15,235 nucleotides of DNA from Promethearchaeota archaeon (GTDB lineage Archaea; Asgardarchaeota; Lokiarchaeia; Sigyniarchaeales; SOKP01). The stretch is from the NCBI GenBank assembly GCA_048941265.1, contig JBHLNT010000098.1, positions 1-15,235 of the forward strand. Reading direction: 5' to 3'. Made by a program: the position numbers and the translations under genes. Shown piece by piece: positions 1 through 6,538 of the stretch; positions within the stretch are counted from its first letter, which is position 1, and every line of letters starts with the position of its first letter. Below the pieces are notes generated by a model, which saw only the letters and a list, made by a program, of their open reading frames with translations, was not told the DNA's origin and searched no databases.

Positions 1-181
1 TAATCGCATAAGGCCACCAAGGTTGAGTTATTAAAATCATGACAATACCCATTAGTAATAAATTTCTATCTTTATATCTAAAATATTTAATAATCATGAG
101 AACCCCTAAAACAATGCTTAATGTAATTCCAACGATACTTGAAAATCCAGAAAAAATTTCTAATTGAGATAATTCAATCAT
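1..181 (-). CDS. Partial (N-terminal 60 aa) multi-pass membrane protein resembling a family expanded in Lokiarchaeia; runs off the window start
   Basis: Not in the ORF track. Manual translation from the ATG at 181 gives MIELSQLEIFSGFSSIVGITLSIVLGVLMIIKYFRYKDRNLLLMGIVMILITQPWWPYAI with no stop. It has two hydrophobic helices joined by a basic loop (KYFRYKDR), followed by PWWP. The family assignment is from recall, not a search. Confidence 0.8.
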   Translation of the reverse strand, partial: MIELSQLEIFSGFSSIVGITLSIVLGVLMIIKYFRYKDRNLLLMGIVMILITQPWWPYAI

Positions 182-240
182 TTTAATTCCCAATATATTC
201 TTAATTTAGATTTCTATTAAAAAAATAATAATTCTTATTA

Positions 241-254
241 TATTTAAAACTTTA
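241..254 (-). promoter_or_regulatory. Putative archaeal BRE/TATA promoter for the 181 minus-strand gene
   Basis: The minus strand reads TAAAG-TTTTAAATA about 60 nt upstream of the ATG. The AT-rich background limits specificity. Confidence 0.4.
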
Positions 255-603
255 GTTATTTATTATTTTTTTAGGTAGTAAAGGGGAAAGAGAATTTTTC
301 TATGTATTTTTAAATTATTTGCTTCTCTATAAGTTTCTGATGTTTTGAATACCTCATTTTATCAGTTATTAATTGAATTTCTAATTCGATTTGAGTATTA
401 CGAACCAACAAAATAATTTCAGACACGATTAAGGATATTCTAAGTTTATCTTCAACATGTATTATATAAAAATATAAAGGTTCCTTATCTTCTGACAAAT
501 ATATATAATCACTCACGTGATAATGAAATAAGACAGACAAATAGTAGAATTTTAAATAAACCATAGAATTCCATTAAATTTTAACAATTTAATTCAAACA
601 TCT

Positions 604-618
604 AAAAATAAAAAAAAA
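604..618 (-). terminator. Putative oligo-T terminator of the coiled-coil/winged-helix operon
   Basis: The minus strand has T9-A-T5 about 30 nt after the stop codon at 648. U-rich tracts are known archaeal termination signals. Confidence 0.45.
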
Positions 619-647
619 GAATTTATAAAATTGAAAGTTAAAAATAA

Positions 648-1376
648 TTAGGGAAGCGTAATTTCATTTGTTTCTTCGTTTAGATTGATTATACCCTTAA
701 TAGCCATCTGCTTTATGGTCCTAACCGCCATAATAGGGGGTACATCGAGTTGTTTTTTCAAATCGTCCAAATTAGCCGTACCTTTTCCCATAATTGTTGC
801 CAAAATATCTACTTCATGAATTTCCTCATCAGAATTTTCCATTAGAAATGAGGCGAAGAAGCTCATTTGTTTTGATTCGCTGATCTTTTTATCCAAATCT
901 GCCATTTTATTGGCATAGTTAGCTTTTAAATCACTTTCTCTTGATTCGTTATCCACTTTTTTCTGATCTAAAGTAGTTTTTTCTGATTCCTTTGCGGTAA
1001 TCTGTTCATTTACGGAATTTAATTTTGAAGTCAGCGTTTCTAATTCAAACTGAGGTTTTTTCAAATCGTTTGTTGTTGTTTCAAGTGTAGTGGTGAGTTC
1101 CGTAATTTTTGAAGTTAATTCATCTTTTGTAGCCTTAAGATCTTCAAGTTTTTTATCTAGTCCCTCGGATTCAGTTCTTAGACCTGTTATCTCTGAATTC
1201 TGCTCTTTTATATTCTCTAATAGTTTTTCATTTTCAGCTTGTACTGATTTCATACTTTTCCAGGTATTGCTTAAATTTTGAACAATGTCTTCCCCTTGTT
1301 TATTTAAAAGTTGGTGGTATGTATCAAATGCAGTCTCGAATTGCTCAATCAAAGCTAATATCTCTTTTGCGCTCAT
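648..1376 (-). CDS. Coiled-coil protein with C-terminal winged-helix domain (protein B, 242 aa)
   Basis: Continuous heptad core L66, L73, L80, L87, L94, T101, P108, L115, V122, K129, L136, N143, L150. The C-terminus EVDILATIMGKGTANLDDLKKQLDVPPIMAVRTIKQMAIKGIINLNEETNEITLP fits a helix-strand-helix-helix-hairpin winged-helix pattern. The start overlaps the upstream stop (ATGA) and has a purine-rich GGGGG SD-like site. Confidence 0.88.
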   Translation of the reverse strand: MSAKEILALIEQFETAFDTYHQLLNKQGEDIVQNLSNTWKSMKSVQAENEKLLENIKEQNSEITGLRTESEGLDKKLEDLKATKDELTSKITELTTTLETTTNDLKKPQFELETLTSKLNSVNEQITAKESEKTTLDQKKVDNESRESDLKANYANKMADLDKKISESKQMSFFASFLMENSDEEIHEVDILATIMGKGTANLDDLKKQLDVPPIMAVRTIKQMAIKGIINLNEETNEITLP

Positions 1377-2122
1377 ATATCAATCGCCCCCTTTAATGTA
1401 ACTGTTCCAGCGGCCTCATCATATTCAATAGGACCGTTTTGTTCAATCATTTTATTTAAAATCTTTTTAGCAGTAGCTTCTTTCATATCTATTGCTAGCA
1501 GAATATTTCTTAGTTCTAAAGTGGTGTTTGGCTGTAAAGACATGATAAACTGCAAAAGCTGGGAAGAAATATATTTAGATTTTATTAACGCTTTCATGGC
1601 AGCAACTCTATTTATATAGGAATTAGCGAATATTTCTTTCTTTTCAAATTCAATTTTTAGCTCTTCTTCGATTTGATTCATTTTTTCATCGAACTCATCC
1701 TGGAGAGTGGTTAATTCTTGAATTCTATCTTTTAATTCAGCCAATCGTTGGCTGCGGTTTTCTAATTCTTCTTTTTTTACCTTAATTTTCTCCTGTGTCT
1801 CATTTAGTTCATTTTGCACTTTTTGAATTTTGTCCAACAAATCTTGGCGTTGTTTGGATAATTGAGTGTTTTCCTCATCAAATTTAATGATATCTCTGTT
1901 ATTCTGCGAAATCTTATTTTTAAGGGAATTTATTTCATCATCATTTAATTCAATGGTTTTGACATTATTGTTTTTTTCATTTTCAAACTGTTCAATCAAG
2001 TTTAATAAATTTGTAGGATACTCCTTCAGTTTTGGTACTGATTCGGAGTTTATCCTAGTTATTTCTTCGATTGTAGTGATAATTTTCTTTAAGGATGTTT
2101 TCGCATCGGTTATTTCACTCAT
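1373..2122 (-). CDS. Coiled-coil protein with C-terminal winged-helix domain (protein A, 249 aa)
   Basis: Continuous heptad core L67, N74, F81, L88, L95, V102, T109, K116, R123, L130, L137, F144, I151. The C-terminus LLQFIMSLQPNTTLELRNILLAIDMKEATAKKILNKMIEQNGPIEYDEAAGTVTL is winged-helix-like. SD AGGAG lies at 2135..2131, 8 nt before the ATG. Confidence 0.88.
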   Translation of the reverse strand: MSEITDAKTSLKKIITTIEEITRINSESVPKLKEYPTNLLNLIEQFENEKNNNVKTIELNDDEINSLKNKISQNNRDIIKFDEENTQLSKQRQDLLDKIQKVQNELNETQEKIKVKKEELENRSQRLAELKDRIQELTTLQDEFDEKMNQIEEELKIEFEKKEIFANSYINRVAAMKALIKSKYISSQLLQFIMSLQPNTTLELRNILLAIDMKEATAKKILNKMIEQNGPIEYDEAAGTVTLKGAIDI

Positions 2123-2172
2123 AGTACTAACTCCTTTAAAATTTTCTTTAAACCTCTAATCTTAATTATTTA

Positions 2173-2242
2173 ATTTAAATCTTTATAATTCGATGAAATT
2201 GGAGGTCATAATTAAAATGAAATAAAAAATAAGGTTTTAAAA
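2173..2242. promoter_or_regulatory. Divergent promoter region: minus-strand AAAGA-TTTAAAT (about 2184..2173) and plus-strand AAGG-TTTTAAAA (2231..2242)
   Basis: A purine-rich BRE plus TATA-like box lies about 50-60 nt upstream of each divergent start (2122 and 2297). Confidence 0.45.
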
Positions 2243-2296
2243 AGTATTTGTAATTACTTCACGTTAAGGTACAAACATTTTTAATCGCTTTCTAAA

Positions 2297-3397
2297 ATGG
2301 AAGATCAAGACATATATAAGCAATTAATGAAACATTTGTCTAAATTATCAATGAGTTACTCACCAACAGAAGCATTACTTTACATTTTGAAAGAAAATTT
2401 TAATCAAGAGGAAGCTAAAGTTATTTTAGCGTTACATAATAACGTTATACCGTTACAAGGAGCAACTATTAGTGGAATTTCAAAAAACATAGATATTTCA
2501 TTAGATAAACTAGAAAAAATTCTTGTAAATCTCTCGGTAAGAGGATTAATATATTCATATAAAAGTGAAAAAGATGGTGAAATAAGATATGCAATCAATC
2601 AACCAGGATACGGCTTTCCACAAACGTTTTTTTGGAAAGATGAGGTCACTTCTCAATCAGAAAGCATGGCAAGACATGTTCTTCAATATTTTAATACCGA
2701 GGTAACTAAAGAAGTATTCTGCCCATCGCCAATACCATATCGGTTTGTTCCGGTTGATGAAACTATTGAACCAGATATCCAATCAGTATTACCATATCAA
2801 GTAATGAACAATATCATTAAAAACGCAAACGTGATAGCCGTTGCGAATTGTTCATGTAGGGTTACTGGAAAACTTATTGGGAAAGATTGCGGACATCCTT
2901 TAGAAGTATGTATGAAATTTAATGAATTAGCAGAATATATAATCGAAAAAGGATTTGCGAGAGAAGTTTCTAAAGAGGAAGCAATAGAAATTAGTAAAAA
3001 GGCTTCTGAAGCGGGATTAGTTCATTTTGCGGATAATTCAATTGATAATGTACTGCAGAATTGTAATTGTTGTGGATGTAGCTGTTGGAATTTAGGACGT
3101 ATCAGGCGTAGAAAAATTCCAAGAGATGAGATAATTGCCACTTATTTTATTCGCGAAACTCTTGAAAATGAATGTGTTGGTTGTGGTAATTGCATAAGTA
3201 TTTGTCCTGCTGATGCAGTTCATTTGGTAGATAATTTTGCACAAGTAGATAAAGATTGGTGTATAGGCTGTGGTGTTTGCATCTTTAAATGTCCGAATGA
3301 AGCAATTAAAATAGTTCTTAGGGATGATTTGAAAAACAAGATTCCTGAAAAGACTTTTGAAGAATTACATCAAAAAATATTAGAAAATAGATGTTAG
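2297..3397 (+). CDS. Multi-cluster 4Fe-4S binding protein with N-terminal HTH-like region and C-terminal 2x[4Fe-4S] ferredoxin domain
   Basis: Motifs ANCSCR, DCGHPLEVC, CNCCGCSC, CVGCGNCISICP and CIGCGVCIFKCP. The N-terminal ATISGISKNIDISLDKLEKILVNLSVRGLI is winged-helix-like. Confidence 0.9.
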   Translation: MEDQDIYKQLMKHLSKLSMSYSPTEALLYILKENFNQEEAKVILALHNNVIPLQGATISGISKNIDISLDKLEKILVNLSVRGLIYSYKSEKDGEIRYAINQPGYGFPQTFFWKDEVTSQSESMARHVLQYFNTEVTKEVFCPSPIPYRFVPVDETIEPDIQSVLPYQVMNNIIKNANVIAVANCSCRVTGKLIGKDCGHPLEVCMKFNELAEYIIEKGFAREVSKEEAIEISKKASEAGLVHFADNSIDNVLQNCNCCGCSCWNLGRIRRRKIPRDEIIATYFIRETLENECVGCGNCISICPADAVHLVDNFAQVDKDWCIGCGVCIFKCPNEAIKIVLRDDLKNKIPEKTFEELHQKILENRC

Positions 3398-3423
3398 GTA
3401 CCAAATAATTTAACTCAATCTGG

Positions 3424-3455
3424 ATTTTTTTTTAAAATTTTTTAATTTCTTTTTA
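3424..3455 (+). terminator. Putative T-rich terminator
   Basis: Several T-runs 27-55 nt after the TAG at 3397. Confidence 0.35.
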
Positions 3456-3545
3456 TTAAGTTATAATTTAAAACATGCGATAATTATAAATCTAACATAA
3501 AAGAATAATTGATATAAAAACAAGTAAAATTATAGAGTATCAATT

Positions 3546-4007
3546 ATGGCGGAAGATTTCCAAAAAAAAAAGATTGAAGAATTAGAAACAGAACTAGAGT
3601 TAAAAAATAAAGAAATCTCTAGTTATCTTGATCGAATAGAATATCTGGAAGATACAATTATGGAAATAGAAGAATCTCTCTCCAATAAAACCAAAAAAAG
3701 CGAAGATCTACTGCTAAAATTTCAATTAAAGGAATTAGAAAAAAACTATCGGGAGTTAAAAGATAGATTGGGTTATTTACGAAAAGAAAATGTAAATCTT
3801 AAAATAGAACTAGAAAAACTGAATAAAATCAACCCTGAGTCTTCTTCAATTAAAATAATTACTCGAAATCCCCTTTCAGATCAAGTAATTACTTCCATCG
3901 CTAAAGATGTAGTTTATATAGAAAATGAGCTTAAAAAAACAAATATGAATAAAGAAGAAATCGTAAAAAAATTAAGACATTTTATGAAAATCATTAGGGA
4001 TGGTTAG
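3546..4007 (+). CDS. Hypothetical coiled-coil protein (153 aa)
   Basis: E/K/L-rich heptads over about residues 5-95, then a short helical C-terminal segment. A TATA-like TTATAAAT lies at 3484..3491. Confidence 0.8.
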   Translation: MAEDFQKKKIEELETELELKNKEISSYLDRIEYLEDTIMEIEESLSNKTKKSEDLLLKFQLKELEKNYRELKDRLGYLRKENVNLKIELEKLNKINPESSSIKIITRNPLSDQVITSIAKDVVYIENELKKTNMNKEEIVKKLRHFMKIIRDG

Positions 4008-4070
4008 CTTTTTAATCTTAAAAATCCAAATTTAAAGAAATCTTCATTTACGAATTCTTTTAAATTAAGA

Positions 4071-4109
4071 TAATGAAAATTTAAAATCAAAAGCCTTAAT
4101 TTTTCATTA
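4071..4109. repeat. Imperfect inverted repeat, 13 of 14 bp, 11-nt spacer
   Basis: TAATGAAAA-T-TTAA (4071..4084) pairs with TTAA-T-TTTTCATTA (4096..4109). It sits just upstream of a TATA-like TTTAATATA. Confidence 0.45.
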
Positions 4110-4163
4110 ATGATACAATTTAATATAAATAATATTAAGGAACTCTTTTAGAGATGATATAAA

Positions 4164-4853
4164 TTGATACAACAGGGAATTTTAAAAGGTGGGGACCGCA
4201 AAGAACCAAATTGGAAAAAAACTAAACTTGGGGAACCTTTTAAGCAAGCATTAGACAGGTTTAGAAAGGATGTGTTAGGGCGTGATGATTTTGATTCCAC
4301 AGCATTATTACAGTTTGGTTTGTTTATGTCAATGGCAGTTATTAACATGTTGAAAGAAAATGAAGCCACCTTCGGTGTAGAAGGTCAAAGGGCAGTAAAC
4401 AGGGCATTAATTAAAACCGGGTATGATGTAGGAAAACAAATTGTTGAAAATGCTGAAATTCCTACAGATATTACTCCTATAGAATTAATAAGTTTTATAG
4501 CTACTATTATCAATACTCAGGCTTGGACATCCATAGAAGAACCAACCATTGATAGCGAAGAACAATGTTCTTTTAATATTTTATGGTGTCCATTACAAGA
4601 TGTCTATCGAGCTTTTGATTGTAGAGTCCAGCGCTATTTAGTCCAAGGGATTATAGATGCCTTTAGAGAAAAAAATCCTTTTAGTAATGATTATCAAGTA
4701 GAATTCACCCAGACTATTCCGACCGGAAAAGATTTTTGCCGATTTATAATCAATGAAAAAAAGCCGGGGGAACCGGATAAATGGGAAACCTACTCTAAAC
4801 TCTTGGAAAGAAAAGCAATGAATAGGTTAAATGAAAGGAAAAATAAAGAATAG
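4164..4853 (+). CDS. V4R / L-2-amino-thiazoline-4-carboxylic acid hydrolase-like small-ligand-binding protein
   Basis: TTG start. The pattern GYDVGK ... WCPLQDVY ... DC ... QGIIDAF ... VEFTQTIPTGKDFCRFII is the typical CP..C..C/'G.D.C.F' signature of this fold. Confidence 0.7.
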   Translation: MIQQGILKGGDRKEPNWKKTKLGEPFKQALDRFRKDVLGRDDFDSTALLQFGLFMSMAVINMLKENEATFGVEGQRAVNRALIKTGYDVGKQIVENAEIPTDITPIELISFIATIINTQAWTSIEEPTIDSEEQCSFNILWCPLQDVYRAFDCRVQRYLVQGIIDAFREKNPFSNDYQVEFTQTIPTGKDFCRFIINEKKPGEPDKWETYSKLLERKAMNRLNERKNKE

Positions 4854-4913
4854 ATTGGTACAATCATTGGCAAGATAATGTTTTAGATCTTAAAGGGAAG
4901 TTTCAGGAAGGAT

Positions 4914-4928
4914 AAAAAGCTTTATATA
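4914..4928 (+). promoter_or_regulatory. Archaeal BRE + TATA box for the MFS transporter
   Basis: AAAAAGC-TTTATATA is near consensus. An SD-like AAGTGAT lies at 4990..4996 before the ATG at 5000. Confidence 0.6.
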
Positions 4929-4999
4929 AAATTTGAGAAATATATTATTGAAATATTTTATTTTTATGCAATTTAAGAAAAGATTACTGAAGTGATATT

Positions 5000-6394
5000 A
5001 TGTCAAAAGAAAGTAGAATACGAACTTACACTCGAACTGATAAACTTATATGGAGTTGTGCTAGTTTGGGAGGTTCAATAATTCAAGGAATATTTGCTTC
5101 ATTACTTCTCTATTTTTACCAAGTTTATTTGGGACTTGATGCTTGGCTTATAGCCATCGCAGCAGTAATATTTGCCGTATGGAATGCTATAAATGATCCT
5201 CTCTTTGGATATATTTCTGATTCAAAAAGTTATAAAAAAATGGGCCGTCGAATACCTTACATGCGCTTCACAACTCCATTTTTAGGGATTAGTTTTATAT
5301 TAGTATGGTTTGTGCCCATAACTTGGGATAATTTCTCCATTTTCTGGTGGATGCTTATTACAATGCTCCTTTATGATACAGGTTATACTATAGTTTTTCT
5401 TGTGTATTCCGCGTTATTACCGGAGATTTCAGAATCAGATTGGGAAAGGGGGGAATTTCAAAAATATAGTTCTATTTTCTACCTTATAGGGGTAATCATT
5501 GCCTTTGCTATCCCTGATTTATTACGACCCAAAACTGGTCAAGTATCTCTAGTTCCATTGTATATAGGAGTAGTTTTAGTTGCAATTGTTGGATCAATAC
5601 TCATAATAATTCCCACTTATAGATTTGAAGAGCACCCAGAATTCACGCAGATTGACAAACCTCTCGGTCTTATTGATTCTGTGAAATTTACCTTTAAGAG
5701 TAAATCATTTCTAATTGTAGCATGTGCCAACTTTATGAGTATCTTTATGCAATCAATACTCTTAGGATTAATGTTCTATCTGGCAGATTACGTTATGTTG
5801 ACTTCCACTCTTTATCTAGTTATGGCTTTATTTTTAGGATTGGTGATTGGTACACTTTTTGCTAATATTTTAGCAGGAAAATTAGGCGTAGCAAAAGCCA
5901 ATCAAATACTCTTAATTATTGGGGCAGTATTTTTGATGCTTATTCCTTTTGTACCGGTGATATTTATTTTTGCGTGTTTATTTTTTGCTGGATTTGGCTT
6001 ATCTGGACCATTAGTGCTAACTAATGTGCTTTTCGCTCAAGTTGCTGATGAGGATGAAACTAAATCTGGAGTAAGAAGAGAAGCTATGTTTTTTGGAACT
6101 AACGCTTTAATAACCAAACCTGCTCAATCTCTCGCTATTGCATTAGCTGCTGTATTAATACAATTATCTGGTTTCATACCTGCTGGAAAGGAAGGAATAG
6201 TTTTAAATCAACCACCAGAGGCTATTTTTATGATAAAATTTGTGGTCGGCTTTCTCCCAGGATTGGCTATTTTAATTGGTGCGCTTTTTTATATCTGGTA
6301 TCCGCTAAAAGGAGAATATCTAACAGAAATCCAAAAAAAAGTACTAGAAATGCATGAAGAAAAGCACGCAAAATTAATGGAAAAACAAGCTTAA
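5000..6394 (+). CDS. MFS transporter, glycoside-pentoside-hexuronide (MelB/GPH) cation symporter family
   Basis: About 12 hydrophobic segments. GPH motifs WNAINDPLFGYISD, MGRRIPY, YSALLPEIS, VADEDETKSGVRREAMFFG and YPL near the C-terminus. Confidence 0.93.
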   Translation: MSKESRIRTYTRTDKLIWSCASLGGSIIQGIFASLLLYFYQVYLGLDAWLIAIAAVIFAVWNAINDPLFGYISDSKSYKKMGRRIPYMRFTTPFLGISFILVWFVPITWDNFSIFWWMLITMLLYDTGYTIVFLVYSALLPEISESDWERGEFQKYSSIFYLIGVIIAFAIPDLLRPKTGQVSLVPLYIGVVLVAIVGSILIIIPTYRFEEHPEFTQIDKPLGLIDSVKFTFKSKSFLIVACANFMSIFMQSILLGLMFYLADYVMLTSTLYLVMALFLGLVIGTLFANILAGKLGVAKANQILLIIGAVFLMLIPFVPVIFIFACLFFAGFGLSGPLVLTNVLFAQVADEDETKSGVRREAMFFGTNALITKPAQSLAIALAAVLIQLSGFIPAGKEGIVLNQPPEAIFMIKFVVGFLPGLAILIGALFYIWYPLKGEYLTEIQKKVLEMHEEKHAKLMEKQA

Positions 6395-6405
6395 ATATTA
6401 AACCT

Positions 6406-6422
6406 CTTTTTTTTCATTTTTT
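6406..6422 (+). terminator. Putative oligo-T terminator
   Basis: T9-CA-T6 about 12 nt after the TAA at 6394. Confidence 0.5.
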
Positions 6423-6538
6423 GCTTAATTATTTTTATTATATGATTATATTAACTAGATTTATTTATTCATAAAAATTAGCAAATAAATATAATTCTCA
6501 TTTAATATTTTTTTATTGCTTAAAAGTGAAGGAATTAT

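Noticed and set aside
310-564. 84-aa minus-strand ORF
   Set aside because: Its composition mirrors AT-rich intergenic DNA (I/Y/L/K), with no motif and no clear SD. It cannot be supported, though it is not excluded.
648-2122. Calling the pair SMC, ESCRT-III/CdvB or Hop2-Mnd1
   Set aside because: There are no Walker or signature motifs for SMC. The unbroken heptads do not fit the ESCRT-III helical hairpin, and the wH is at the opposite end from Hop2/Mnd1. These are kept only as analogies.
1090-2159. Plus-strand ORFs 1090..1281 and 1866..2159
   Set aside because: These are S/F/L-rich antisense shadows of the E/K-rich coiled-coil genes.
3562-3571. A10 run near the 5' end of the 153-aa gene as a phase-variation tract
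   Set aside because: The frame is intact (Gln-Lys-Lys-Lys), and A8-A9 runs occur elsewhere in this AT-rich window.
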